Assembly: GCA_963662615.2 (NCBI GenBank)
Contig: CAXXSR010000001.1
Coordinates: forward strand, 192,001-256,000
Length of the DNA stretch: 64,000 bases
DNA from: Dehalococcoidia bacterium
Lineage (GTDB): Bacteria > Chloroflexota > Dehalococcoidia > Bin125
Direction of reading: 5' to 3'
The notes under the pieces were generated by a model that saw only the letters and a program-made list of their open reading frames with translations, was not told the DNA's origin and searched no databases. Below, piece after piece: positions 8,247 through 18,161 of the stretch. Each line of letters starts with the position of its first letter. The stretch's first letter is position 1. The position numbers were made by a program, and so were the translations under genes.

Positions 8247-11142
8247 GGAGACGGGCGCCTTCCGGATCGAAATGGGCGTGCTGCGCCATGACGGTGACCG
8301 GGATCTCCTCTCCGTCCGGCAAGCGGACGCGAACGATCGTGCCGGCCGCGGCCAGATCTGGCGCAACGAAGCCGAGGCAGATGGAGCGACTGAGCGTGGG
8401 CGACATGCGGCTGGAGGTGATGCGGCCCACGATCTCGTCGCGCCGTCCGACGATCTGCGCTCCCTCCGGCGGCACGACCGTGCCGTCGACCGGCTGCAGG
8501 CCCACGAGGCGGGGGTAATCGGCTCGCTCCTTCTGCCAGAGGAGTTCCGGCTTGCCCACGAAGTCCTCTTTGTCCAGCTTCACCAGTCCGTCCAGGCCCG
8601 CGCCAAAGGCCTGCGTCAGGGCGTCGGTGTCTTGGCCGACGATCAGATGTCCTTTCTCCAGCCGCATGATGCGTTGCGCTTCCACACCAAAGGGACGGAT
8701 GCCGAGATCAGCCCCCACCTCCAGCAACGTCTCCCAGAGATGGAGACCGTAGCTGGCGGGCGCGTGGATCTCGTAACTCAGCTCTCCCGTGAAGCCAATG
8801 CGCCACATGAAGCAGTCCTGAATGCCGGCGATTCGTCCCGTGCGCACCCGCATGTAAGGGAAGGCTTGGGGATCGAGATCGATACCGTCCACGACCCGCC
8901 GCATCAGCTCTCGCGACTTGGGGCCGGCCACATTCATGCTGGCGTAAGCAGCGGTCATGGGGGTCACGTGCACCCGCCACTCGGGGTGGACGGTCTGGAG
9001 CCACTCCTCCATCCACTGCCAGACGGCCTCGGGGCCGGCGGAGGTGGTGGTCATCAGGTAGCGGTTCTCGCCCAGGCGACCGGTGACACCGTCGTCGATG
9101 ACGACGCCGTCTTCGCCGCACAAGACGCCGTAGCGGACGGAGCCAACGGCCAGCCGGGACCAGCGGTTGACGTACAGCAAGTTGAGGAGCTGGGGGACGT
9201 CGGGGCCGCGCAGGTCGAACTTGCCAAGCGGGGTGACGTCGATCATGCCCACCGTTTGGCGGACGTTACGGACTTCCGCCTCCGGATCGCCGTAGTGATC
9301 GGGACGGATCCAGTGGCCGGCGACGAGCGGTCTCGCCCCGTGCGCCTCGTGCCAGGGTTGCAAGGGGGAAAGACTGAGCGGCTCGAAACTCCGTCCGGCC
9401 AGGGCGCCCAGCGAGATGGGGGCGTAGGGCGGACGCCACGTCGTCGCGCCGGTCTCCTCCATCGTGCGGCCGGTGGCCTCGGCGTGAACGGCAATGGCGT
9501 TCACCAGCTCCAGCTTTCCCTGGGCCGCACCCATGCCCACCGTGGTGTAGCGCTTCGTCAGCTCCAGGGAGTCGTACCCCTCATGCACGGCCGTGACGAT
9601 GTCCTTCGATGAAACGTCCTCGGAGAAGTCGACAATGCCGTGGCTGGCGCCGCGGAACAGGGCGGGATGATCCTGGATGGGGAGGTCGGGGATCGGCACG
9701 GGTGAGCGGTCGGCCGTCCTGTCCGGGACCGCCGAAACGCCGGGATCGTCGGCAGTCAGCGTCCGCTGGCGCGTCGCAGCGCGGCCAGTCGAAGCGCGTT
9801 GTGTCGAAGCGCGGTGGGCCGCTTCCGCGCCCACGGCTCGCGCATGGGCGAGCAGCTGGTCCAGGGTGCCGTCACCCACGATGCGGCCGGTGGCGAGGAC
9901 GTTGTGCGGTGGTTCGGCGGGGAAAAAGCGAGCCGCCCTGCGGTTGTAGAGGGGGCGGTCCCCGGCCATGTTGAGGAGCGCCGTCGGTGCGGTCCAGCCC
10001 ACGGAGGTGACGAGGAGATCCGCTTCCACCGTTTCGCCGCCGGCTATTTCTACCTCCCGCACCCGTCCGCGGCCGCGGGCCCGCACAACGTCGCCGCCGC
10101 TGCGTGCGTCCACCACCCGCGCGATCTCCACTCCCGCACGCTGGAGATCGGCGGCGGCGGCGTCCCCTTCCTCATTGGCCGTCAGGACCACCGCCCGATC
10201 GCCGGGCTTCACGGCGTACAGGTTGATCAGCCGGCGCGCCGCCGAAGCCAGCATCACTCCCGGCTTGTCGTTGCCGTCAAAGACGTAGGGGCGCTCAATC
10301 AGTCCCGGCGCGACGATCAGCACCTTGGCGCGCGCCTTGATGAGACGCTCTTCAACGTTGGCGACGTGCCGCTGCGCCACCGCCACCCAGTTGTCGTCGT
10401 AGCGCCCGGTCACGACGGAGTTGCTCATCACTTCGATATTCGCGCTCGCCGCCACCGCGTCGCGGAGCGCTTGGAGGATCGCGAGCTCGGCCTCGCCTCC
10501 CCAGCGGAGATGGCCGCCCAGCTCGTGTTCCTCGTCGACGAGCAGCACCTTCGCTCCCGACTCGGCGGCGGCGATCGCGGCGCCCATGCCCGCGGGTCCG
10601 CCCCCCGCAATCAGGACATCCGGGTGCGCATAGCGCGCGTCGAAGAGCGCCTCGGGCCGGCGTGAGGGCGCGGTCCCGCCCGGCGTGAACCGTCGCAATA
10701 CCTTCTGATACAGGGGCCAGAATGCTTGTGGCGCCATGAACGTCTTGTAATAGAAGCCGGGGGGCAGGAAGCGACCCGCCGCCTGATTGACTGACTTGAG
10801 GTCGAAGCGGAGCGACGGCCAAACGTTCTGGGCCCGCACGACCATCCCCGGCTCCAGGCGCCGGTGAGCCCCGCGCACGTTGGGCTCATCGCCCACCTGC
10901 ACAAGGCATCCCGGGTCAATGAAGCTCGCCGTCAGCAGTCCCCGCGGACGGTGGTACTTAAAGCTGCGGGAGAAGACGCGCTCGCCGCAGGCGGCCAAGG
11001 CGGAGATGATGGTGTCGCCTCTGTAGGCCGGGTACTCGGCGCCATTCCAGGTGAACGTCAACGGCGCCCCCCGGTCGATTACCTCGCCCGGCTGCGGGCC
11101 CAAGCGCATGGTCATGCGGGACTCGATCGATGTGGTCGTCAC
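8239..11142 (-). CDS. soxA: Sarcosine oxidase / N-methylglutamate dehydrogenase alpha subunit (GcvT-like C-terminus)
   Basis: GDTIISAL, SRSFKYHRPRG, GGGPAG Rossmann motif, KRYTTVGMG..QGK, RIGFTGELSYEI, RLEKGH. GTGA overlap with the delta stop places the start at 11142. Confidence 0.93.
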   Translation of the reverse strand: MTTTSIESRMTMRLGPQPGEVIDRGAPLTFTWNGAEYPAYRGDTIISALAACGERVFSRSFKYHRPRGLLTASFIDPGCLVQVGDEPNVRGAHRRLEPGMVVRAQNVWPSLRFDLKSVNQAAGRFLPPGFYYKTFMAPQAFWPLYQKVLRRFTPGGTAPSRRPEALFDARYAHPDVLIAGGGPAGMGAAIAAAESGAKVLLVDEEHELGGHLRWGGEAELAILQALRDAVAASANIEVMSNSVVTGRYDDNWVAVAQRHVANVEERLIKARAKVLIVAPGLIERPYVFDGNDKPGVMLASAARRLINLYAVKPGDRAVVLTANEEGDAAAADLQRAGVEIARVVDARSGGDVVRARGRGRVREVEIAGGETVEADLLVTSVGWTAPTALLNMAGDRPLYNRRAARFFPAEPPHNVLATGRIVGDGTLDQLLAHARAVGAEAAHRASTQRASTGRAATRQRTLTADDPGVSAVPDRTADRSPVPIPDLPIQDHPALFRGASHGIVDFSEDVSSKDIVTAVHEGYDSLELTKRYTTVGMGAAQGKLELVNAIAVHAEATGRTMEETGATTWRPPYAPISLGALAGRSFEPLSLSPLQPWHEAHGARPLVAGHWIRPDHYGDPEAEVRNVRQTVGMIDVTPLGKFDLRGPDVPQLLNLLYVNRWSRLAVGSVRYGVLCGEDGVVIDDGVTGRLGENRYLMTTTSAGPEAVWQWMEEWLQTVHPEWRVHVTPMTAAYASMNVAGPKSRELMRRVVDGIDLDPQAFPYMRVRTGRIAGIQDCFMWRIGFTGELSYEIHAPASYGLHLWETLLEVGADLGIRPFGVEAQRIMRLEKGHLIVGQDTDALTQAFGAGLDGLVKLDKEDFVGKPELLWQKERADYPRLVGLQPVDGTVVPPEGAQIVGRRDEIVGRITSSRMSPTLSRSICLGFVAPDLAAAGTIVRVRLPDGEEIPVTVMAQHAHFDPEGARLRA

Positions 11143-11456
11143 GGCCGGCCCTCGGGGTCGGTCTCCCCTGCTCCCGCCGCGCCGTCCGGGTCCAGGCGGA
11201 GCTGGGCCGACGGCCGGCGGACGGCGCGAATCTCGTCGGACACGGTGTGACGCTCCATGACGAAGAAGCGCCTGCAACCGTCTCGGTGAAACCAGCGCTC
11301 GGTCGTCCAACCGGCTGGGTTCGACTGCATATACAGGTAGCGCCGCCATTCCTGCGGACGAGTCGCGTTCGGGTCCGGGCGCGACCGCTCCTCGCCGAGG
11401 TAGGTGAACTCCGCGGCGTTGCGCGGCCCACAATGGATGCAAGGGATGCGTAGCAA
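11139..11456 (-). CDS. soxD: Sarcosine oxidase / NMG dehydrogenase delta subunit
   Basis: IPCIHCGPR..EF and WFHRDGCRRFF zinc-binding motifs. Confidence 0.93.
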   Translation of the reverse strand: MLRIPCIHCGPRNAAEFTYLGEERSRPDPNATRPQEWRRYLYMQSNPAGWTTERWFHRDGCRRFFVMERHTVSDEIRAVRRPSAQLRLDPDGAAGAGETDPEGRP

Positions 11457-11473
11457 CGCTGCACCTGCCCCGA

Positions 11474-12772
11474 CTAGTGCCCGACCGACGCCGCCCCCTT
11501 CTCGCCGACGAGACGGCCATCGTCGAAGCGAGAGAGCGCGAATGGCTCAATGATTTCCGGCGTCCTGCCCGTGGCGATGAGGGCGGCCATCGCTTCACCG
11601 GCCACCGGTCCGGCCTTGAATCCGTAAGTGCCCCAACCGACGTCCACGTAGAAGCCGTCCACCGGCGTCGCTCCGATGATCGGGGAGAAGTCGGGCGTCA
11701 TGTCGCAGATGCCCGCCCACTGTCGGAGCACCCGCAGCTGGGCCAGCGACGGCATCAGTTGGAGGACGTGGCCGGCGAGTTCCTCGGTGAATTCCAGTGA
11801 GCCGCGAGTCGAATAGGAGGGGTACGGGTCCACGCTCGCTCCGAAGACCAGTTCGCCCCGCGTGGTCTGGTTCACATAGACATGCAGCGTCCCGGAGACC
11901 ACCACCGGATCGAGGAAGAACTGCACAGGCTCCGTGACCGCGGCTTGCAGTGGGAAGGTCAGGATGGGCAGCTCAACCCCTGCCATCGCGGCGATTCGGG
12001 ACGACCAACCGGCCGTGCAGTTGATCACAACGGGCGCGGCGATGGGCCCCTTGGTGGTGACGACTCCGTCCACCTTCCCGTCACGCGCGTGGACGCTGAG
12101 TACCTCCGTGTTTTGGTGGATCTGCACGCCCAGGGCGTCAGCGCCGCGAGCGTAGCCCCAGACCACGGCGTCGTGGCGGATAATGCCGCCGGGCGGGTGG
12201 TAGAGCGCCCCCAGGATCGGATAGCGTGCGTTTGCGGACACGTCCATGTACGGCACAAGCTTCTTCACGGCAGCGGGATCGATGACCTCGGATTCTACCC
12301 CCCGGATCTTGTTGACCTCAGCTCGCCAGAACATGGTCCGCAGGGAGGAGTCGTTGTGCGCGAGGGTCAGGTGGCCGCGTTGCTCGAACATCACGTTGAA
12401 ATTCAGCTTCGCGGCCAAGTGCTCGTACAGCTCCAGCGAGCGCTGATAGAAGTCCACCCCTTCGCCGGTGAGGTAGTTCGAGCGGATAATGGCCGTGTTG
12501 CGGCCGGAGGCGCCGCTGCCGATGTAACTTTTTTCCAGCACGGCGACGTTGCGGATGCCGTGGTCTGCCGCGAGGTGGTAGGCAGTCGCGAGGCCGTGCA
12601 CGCCGCCGCCCACAATGACCACGTCATAGGAGGCGGCAAGCTCATGAGTGGACCAGGCCCGCGGCCACTGCTCCCCAAAAAGACCGTGGCGGAACAAGCT
12701 GAGGGCCGAGTAGCCGGACGCGCCTTGAGGCCGGCTGCTCTTGCGCCGCGCCCGGCTCAGGAGAGATCGCAT
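11474..12772 (-). CDS. soxB: Sarcosine oxidase / NMG dehydrogenase beta subunit (FAD-dependent)
   Basis: YDVVIVGGGVHGLATAY, GRNTAIIRSNY, RHDAVVWGYAR, GWGTYGFKAGP. Start refined to ATG at 12772. Confidence 0.93.
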   Translation of the reverse strand: MRSLLSRARRKSSRPQGASGYSALSLFRHGLFGEQWPRAWSTHELAASYDVVIVGGGVHGLATAYHLAADHGIRNVAVLEKSYIGSGASGRNTAIIRSNYLTGEGVDFYQRSLELYEHLAAKLNFNVMFEQRGHLTLAHNDSSLRTMFWRAEVNKIRGVESEVIDPAAVKKLVPYMDVSANARYPILGALYHPPGGIIRHDAVVWGYARGADALGVQIHQNTEVLSVHARDGKVDGVVTTKGPIAAPVVINCTAGWSSRIAAMAGVELPILTFPLQAAVTEPVQFFLDPVVVSGTLHVYVNQTTRGELVFGASVDPYPSYSTRGSLEFTEELAGHVLQLMPSLAQLRVLRQWAGICDMTPDFSPIIGATPVDGFYVDVGWGTYGFKAGPVAGEAMAALIATGRTPEIIEPFALSRFDDGRLVGEKGAASVGH

Positions 12773-12898
12773 GGCGCCCCCGGATGGTCTTGCCGGCGGC
12801 ACGGTCGCAGCCGCGCTGCGGCGAGGTGGCTCAGGCAACGCAGCAGCGCGCCGCCTTGAGCCGTGCGCGCCGCCCAGGGACGGGGCGCGGTCACCCAT

Positions 12899-14257
12899 CT
12901 AGAAGAGGGTGAGGTAGCGATCAACTTCCCAGTCCGTCACCGTTCGGTGGAACTCAGCGAATTCTTCCCGTTTAGTCCGCACGAAGTAGTCGATGTAGTC
13001 CCCGCCGGGGACGGGACCGAGGGCGCGACGCAGCACGTCGTCGCGTTCGAGCACGTCGACGGCGTGGGCCAGCGTCTGCGGCATGATCTGAATCCCGCGC
13101 GCCTGCACTGCATCGAGCGGGAGATCGTAGAGGTTGTCGGCGTTCGGCTCTCCGGGATCGAGACAGCGGTCGATCCCGTCGAGCCCAGCCGCGAGCATGA
13201 CGGTGAAGGCGAGGTAGGGGTTGGCGGCGCCATCGACGCTGCGATTCTCGACCCGGCCCGGTTCCGGGACGCGCAACATCTGGGTGCGGTTGTTGCCGCC
13301 GTACGTCGCGTAGGCCGGGGCCCAGGTTGCGCCGGAAGCCGGCGGACCGACTCCAATGCGCTTGTACGAGTTCACCGTGGGATTGGTCACCGCCGCCATG
13401 GCTGTGGCATGGTCCAGCAGGCCGGCGATGAACTGGTAGGCCAAGCGGGAGAGTCCCAGTCCGCGTGCATCGGCGGGGTCACAGAAGAGCGGTTGTCCCG
13501 TCTCGGTGTCCCAGAGGCTGCTGTGCACGTGCATTCCGTTGCCGGTGAGATGCTGGAACGGCTTGGGCATGAATGTGGCCGCGAGCCCCACCTGGTCCGC
13601 CAGCGTGTGCACCATGTAGCGGAAGAAGATGGCGCGGTCCGCCGTGGTCAAGGCGTCGGCGTAGGCGAAGTTCTGCTCGAACTGCCCGTTGGCATCTTCG
13701 TGGTCGTTGGCGTAGTTGGACCAGCCCAGCGCATTCATGTACCGGGAGACCTTGGTGAGGTGGTCATACATGCGGGTGAGGCCTTTGGCGTCGTAGCAGG
13801 GCTGCTCGGCGGTATCGAGTGGATCGGCCAGAGCGATTCCGCCCTCCGGCCTCCGGCGCACCAGGAAGTATTCGGCCTCCACACCGCAGTTGAGGAGCAT
13901 TCGTCGCTCTTGAAGCTGCGCGAGCTGGCGCTTGAGGATGACCCGGGGTGCGTACGGCCAGGCCGCACCGTTGACGCGAATGTCGCAGTGAAGAACGGCC
14001 AGCCCCTTCTGCCAGGGGACGGGGGTGTAGGAGCTGGGGTCGGGGATGGCCATCATGTCGGGGTCGGCGGGGCTTTGGCCCATGGGACCCGCCGCGAAGC
14101 CCGCGAAGCCGACGCCCTCGGTCATCAGCGCATCGAAAGCGCCGGCCGGCACGAGCTTGGCGCAGGGCTTCCCGTGCATGTCGACGAACATCGCGAAGAA
14201 GAACTCGATGCCGTCCTCGGCGGCGCGACGCTGGAGATCGGCGTGGGCCTCGGCCAT
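12899..14257 (-). CDS. gmaS: Type III glutamate-ammonia ligase (GlnT), likely gamma-glutamylmethylamide synthetase
   Basis: AKLVPA, GFAGFA, EQPCYD, YANDHEDANGQFE, FMPKPF, GNNRT signature of the GlnT clade; flanked by mgs and mgd genes. Confidence 0.85.
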   Translation of the reverse strand: MAEAHADLQRRAAEDGIEFFFAMFVDMHGKPCAKLVPAGAFDALMTEGVGFAGFAAGPMGQSPADPDMMAIPDPSSYTPVPWQKGLAVLHCDIRVNGAAWPYAPRVILKRQLAQLQERRMLLNCGVEAEYFLVRRRPEGGIALADPLDTAEQPCYDAKGLTRMYDHLTKVSRYMNALGWSNYANDHEDANGQFEQNFAYADALTTADRAIFFRYMVHTLADQVGLAATFMPKPFQHLTGNGMHVHSSLWDTETGQPLFCDPADARGLGLSRLAYQFIAGLLDHATAMAAVTNPTVNSYKRIGVGPPASGATWAPAYATYGGNNRTQMLRVPEPGRVENRSVDGAANPYLAFTVMLAAGLDGIDRCLDPGEPNADNLYDLPLDAVQARGIQIMPQTLAHAVDVLERDDVLRRALGPVPGGDYIDYFVRTKREEFAEFHRTVTDWEVDRYLTLF

Positions 14258-14363
14258 AGCCCCTCCTCATCAGGCCTGAGTTCCGCGCGAGCGAAGGGCC
14301 CCAAGGATACGCCACCCGCCGGAGCGGGAAAACCGCCTGCCGCAACGGTCACGGGGAGTGCGC

Positions 14364-14398
14364 GCTGTGTAATATGGGCGTGCTGCCTGCCTTGCAAG
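14364..14398. promoter_or_regulatory. Putative overlapping divergent promoters between gmaS and mgsA
   Basis: Plus strand TGnTAATAT extended -10; minus strand TTGCAA-17 nt-TATTAC over the same A/T patch. Confidence 0.35.
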
Positions 14399-14426
14399 CG
14401 GCGAAGTGGGGGGCCCGGCTGCAACC

Positions 14427-15323
14427 GTGTGTGGAATCGTTGGGCTCCAACTGAAGAACCCCGCGCTGTATCCCCAACTCGGCGCGCTGCTCACGCCGAT
14501 GCTCCTGGCCATGAGCGAGCGGGGGCCGGATTCCGCCGGGCTCGCGCTCTATGAAGACGGGCTCGGTGAGGGCAGTTCCCGCTATTCGTTACGGGCGCCC
14601 GCCCCCGGGTTCGACTGGGAGCGTCTCGCCAGCCGCATTGAGAGTGCGCTCGACGTGAGGGCCGGCCTCCGCTGCGTCGCGGATGATGCGATCGTCACGG
14701 TCGACGCGGACCCCGACTTGATCCTGCAGTGGCTCAGCAAGGAGGCGCCGGAGGTGCGGGTGTTCGCGGTTGGCAGGGCAATGGAGATCTATAAGGACGT
14801 GGGGGCGCCCAGCGAAATTTGCCGCCGCTACGGAATCACGAGCCGCGCCGGCTACCAGGGCTTGGGACATACCCGCATGGCCACCGAGTCCGCCGTCACT
14901 ACGGATCACTCGCACCCGTTCGCCTCCGCGGCGGACCTCTGCCTGGTCCACAACGGGACTTTCTCGAATTACGCCACCATCCGCCGCCTCCTGATGGACG
15001 AAGGACTTCACTTCGACACGGACAACGACTCCGAAGTCGCGGCGCGGTTCATCGCGCGGCAAATGGCGAACGGGAGCGACCTGCGCGAGGCGCTTGAGCG
15101 TCTCCTGACGGAGCTGGACGGCTTCTTCACGCTGCTGGTCGCCTCCCGGGATCAGTTCGCCGTGGTTCGCGATGCCTTCGCCTGCAAGCCGGCAGTGATC
15201 GCGGAGTGCGACGACTACGTCGCCATGGCGTCGGAGTACCGCGCTCTCGCCGAGCTACCTGGAATCGATGAAGCGACCGTCTTCGAGCCGATGCCCGAGG
15301 ACATCCACGTATGGTCACGCTGA
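14427..15323 (+). CDS. mgsA: Class II (Ntn) glutamine amidotransferase, N-methylglutamate synthase subunit A (GlxB)
   Basis: GTG start then CGIVG (N-terminal Cys), RGPDSAG, GHTRMATES, VHNG, DSEV. Confidence 0.88.
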   Translation: MCGIVGLQLKNPALYPQLGALLTPMLLAMSERGPDSAGLALYEDGLGEGSSRYSLRAPAPGFDWERLASRIESALDVRAGLRCVADDAIVTVDADPDLILQWLSKEAPEVRVFAVGRAMEIYKDVGAPSEICRRYGITSRAGYQGLGHTRMATESAVTTDHSHPFASAADLCLVHNGTFSNYATIRRLLMDEGLHFDTDNDSEVAARFIARQMANGSDLREALERLLTELDGFFTLLVASRDQFAVVRDAFACKPAVIAECDDYVAMASEYRALAELPGIDEATVFEPMPEDIHVWSR

Positions 15324-15988
15324 GCTGCGCCGATCAGAGCACGCGCCAGATCAACGCAGCCCTGGCGCAGCTTCCCGAAGGCGCGCGAGTGACCATCGCC
15401 GAGCCCAAGGGACGGCACAACCTCGCGGTCGGGTTGGAGAACAAGATCCAGGTGGAAATCGACGGGAACGCCGGGTACTTCATCGGCGGACTGTGCGATG
15501 GGCCCCAGATCACCGTGAACGGCTTCGTGGGCTGGTCCGTGGGCGAAAATCTCATGAGCGGCACGGTCCGAGTGAAGGGGAACGCCTCGGAATGCGCCGG
15601 CGCCTCCAGCCACGGCGGCACGATCATTATCGAAGGCGACGCATCCTCCCGCGCCGGAATCTCGTTGAAGGGCGGCACCGTGCTCGTCGCTGGTGATGTG
15701 GGGCACATGAGTGGATTCATGGCCCAGGCGGGGATCATCTTGATCGGCGCGGACGCGGGGGAGGCGCTGGGCGATTCACTGTATGAGGCGGTGATCTACG
15801 TTGGTGGACGGATTCGATCGCTTGGTGCAGACGCGCAGGTAGAGGAGCTGACGGGAGATGACGTCGCCGTCGTGAGACGGCTGGCCGGCCTCGCGGGGTT
15901 CGCGCATATCAACCCGGAGAACGTGACCCGCGTCGGCTCCGCGCGCCGGCTCTATCATTTCGACTCTCTAAAAGATCACCAGTATTGA
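15311..15988 (+). CDS. mgsB: GXGXG-domain protein, N-methylglutamate synthase subunit B (GlxC)
   Basis: HNLAVG, GENLMSG, RAGISLKG, GHMSGFMAQAG, LGDSLYEA. Confidence 0.88.
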   Translation: MVTLSCADQSTRQINAALAQLPEGARVTIAEPKGRHNLAVGLENKIQVEIDGNAGYFIGGLCDGPQITVNGFVGWSVGENLMSGTVRVKGNASECAGASSHGGTIIIEGDASSRAGISLKGGTVLVAGDVGHMSGFMAQAGIILIGADAGEALGDSLYEAVIYVGGRIRSLGADAQVEELTGDDVAVVRRLAGLAGFAHINPENVTRVGSARRLYHFDSLKDHQY

Positions 15989-17358
15989 TGCCCGGACCGG
16001 AGGTCGATCGCCCCCCGCTTCCCATGGACGCCTGGAGACGGAGCGACACGTTCCCTCCCGAGACCATTGCCCATATCCAGCGCATGGCCGCCGAAGGGCA
16101 CTACGAGATCCGCGGCTGGGGGGCGAAGCGAGCGCTGCCCAAATTTGACGATCTCGTGTTCCTCACGGCGTCGGCGTCACGCTATCCCTTGGAGGGGTAC
16201 CGGGAGCGCTGCGAGACCAAGACCGTCCTCGGGACCCGCTTCGCCAAACGGCCCCTGGAGCTGGAGATTCCCATCACGATTGCCGGGATGAGCTTCGGCG
16301 CGCTCTCGGCGCGCGCCAAGGAGGCTCTGGGGAGGGGGGCGAGCGCGGCGGGGACCTCCACGACGACCGGCGACGGCGGCATGACGCGGGAGGAGCGCCA
16401 GGCCTCCACGCTGCTCGTCTACCAGTGCCTCCCCTCCCGCTACGGGTTCAATCCGAGCGATCTCCGCAATGCGGATGCCATCGAGATCGTGATCGGGCAA
16501 GGGGCGAAGCCGGGCGGCGGAGGCATTCTCCTGGGCCAGAAGGTGAGTGAGCGGGTCGCGGAGATGCGCACCCTGCCGCCCGGCATTGACCAACGGTCGG
16601 CGTCCCGCCATCCCGACTGGGTGGGACCCGATGATCTGCGGATCAAGATCGAAGAGCTGCGGGAGGCCACGCACTGGGAGAAGCCGATCTTCGTCAAGCT
16701 CGGCGCCACCCGCGTCACCAACGACGTGAAGCTCGTCGTCGCCTCGGGCGCTGACGTCGTCGTGGTGGACGGCCTGGAGGGTGGGACTGCGGCCACGCAG
16801 GATATCTTCCTTGAGCACGCGGGCATCCCCACCCTGGCCGCCGTGCGGCAAGCGGCCGACGCTCTCCGCGAGATCGGGATGGAGGAGCAGGTACAACTCG
16901 TGGTCTCCGGGGGCATTCGCTCCGGAGCCGACGTGGCCAAGGCGCTCGCCCTGGGCGCCAACGCCGTCTCGCTCGGGACCGCGGCGTTGATCGCGCTCGG
17001 CTGCAACAGCCGCACGTATATGCATGACGGCAAGCCGGTCGATGTGACCACCGATTATCACGCGCTGGGGACGGAACCCGGATCCTGTCACCATATGCAC
17101 ACGGGCAGGTGCCCGGTTGGCATCGCCACCCAAGACCCCCAATTGGAGCAGCGACTCGATCCGGACCTGGGCGCCGAACGCGTTGCCAACTACCTCCAGG
17201 CCTTGACCATGGAGCTGACAGCACTGGCGAGGGCCTGCGGCAAGTCGGACGTGCACAATCTGGAGCCGGAAGACCTTGTGGCTCTGACGATCGAGGCGGC
17301 GGCCATGGCCCGGGTCCCATTGGCGGGCACGAACTGGATCCCGGGTTGGCAGAGCTGA
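15988..17358 (+). CDS. mgsC: FMN-binding glutamate synthase family, N-methylglutamate synthase subunit C (GlxD)
   Basis: ASASRYPLEGYRE, GMSFGALS, GQGAKPGGGG, RHPDWVGPDDL. Confidence 0.9.
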   Translation: MPGPEVDRPPLPMDAWRRSDTFPPETIAHIQRMAAEGHYEIRGWGAKRALPKFDDLVFLTASASRYPLEGYRERCETKTVLGTRFAKRPLELEIPITIAGMSFGALSARAKEALGRGASAAGTSTTTGDGGMTREERQASTLLVYQCLPSRYGFNPSDLRNADAIEIVIGQGAKPGGGGILLGQKVSERVAEMRTLPPGIDQRSASRHPDWVGPDDLRIKIEELREATHWEKPIFVKLGATRVTNDVKLVVASGADVVVVDGLEGGTAATQDIFLEHAGIPTLAAVRQAADALREIGMEEQVQLVVSGGIRSGADVAKALALGANAVSLGTAALIALGCNSRTYMHDGKPVDVTTDYHALGTEPGSCHHMHTGRCPVGIATQDPQLEQRLDPDLGAERVANYLQALTMELTALARACGKSDVHNLEPEDLVALTIEAAAMARVPLAGTNWIPGWQS

Positions 17359-17443
17359 CTCGGACGGGCACTTCCGCGTCGCGCCACTTGCGAGCGGGCG
17401 CTTGAGCCGTCGACTATCCTTGTCGCCGGTCGGGAGGGTTGCC

Positions 17444-18142
17444 GTGCCGCCATCGCCGTTCACGCCGGACCTGTCCACACTGCTGGCGGCGCTCCGCCAC
17501 GGCGACAGCTTTTTCCCAAGCGGGGCGATGGCGTTCTCCCATGGCCTGGAAAGCCGGCACGCGGATGGGCGCCTGACGACGCCCGACGCCGTAGAGGCGT
17601 TCATCATCGGTCAGGTGCGCGGCCGCTGGGCGACGTGTGACCGCGGCGTCCTGGTGGCAGCCCACGACGCCGGCGACGACCTGGAGGCGGTAGAGAGCGC
17701 CGACCAGCTCCTGGAGGCGCTCACCTTGTCGAAGGAGCTTCGAGAGGGCTCGCGAAGGGCGGGCGCCGCCTTGCTCAGTGTGCACGTTGGCCTGGGCACG
17801 CGGAACGCACGGGCTTACGACGCCGGGACGGCGGCGGGCAGCGCGCCCAGGCACCTGGCGGCCATCCAGGGATTGGTTTGGCGCGGCAGCGGCCTGCCTC
17901 GCGATCACGCCTGCGCCATGAGCGGCCACAGCCTTTGCGTCGGCCTGCTGGGCGCGGCCTTGCGACTGGGAGCGATTGGACATGTGATGGCGCAACGCCT
18001 CCTCGCGACTACGCATCAGACTCTCGCTGCCGTGCTCCGATCCGATCCGCCGCCGCTGAACGAACTCCATAGCTATGCGCCCGCCGCCGAGATCGCCGTC
18101 ATGCGCCACGAGACGCAGCTCGGTCGCCTGTTCGCGAACTGA
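17444..18142 (+). CDS. ureF: Urease accessory protein UreF
   Basis: DSFFPSGAMAFSHGLE and C-terminal RHETQLGRLFAN. GTG start follows GGAGG. Confidence 0.9.
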   Translation: MPPSPFTPDLSTLLAALRHGDSFFPSGAMAFSHGLESRHADGRLTTPDAVEAFIIGQVRGRWATCDRGVLVAAHDAGDDLEAVESADQLLEALTLSKELREGSRRAGAALLSVHVGLGTRNARAYDAGTAAGSAPRHLAAIQGLVWRGSGLPRDHACAMSGHSLCVGLLGAALRLGAIGHVMAQRLLATTHQTLAAVLRSDPPPLNELHSYAPAAEIAVMRHETQLGRLFAN

Positions 18143-18161
18143 TCGTGTCAAGGGATGAACG

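Noticed and set aside
3070-14330. Short matches to the tRNA-Gly 3' end (GAGCGGGAG near 3072, GGAGCGGGA near 14321) as att sites
   Set aside because: Only about 9 bp, expected by chance at this GC content.
14258-14365. Riboswitch (glutamine or guanidine type) in the gmaS leader
   Set aside because: Could not find the conserved core motifs by eye; an Rfam scan would be needed.
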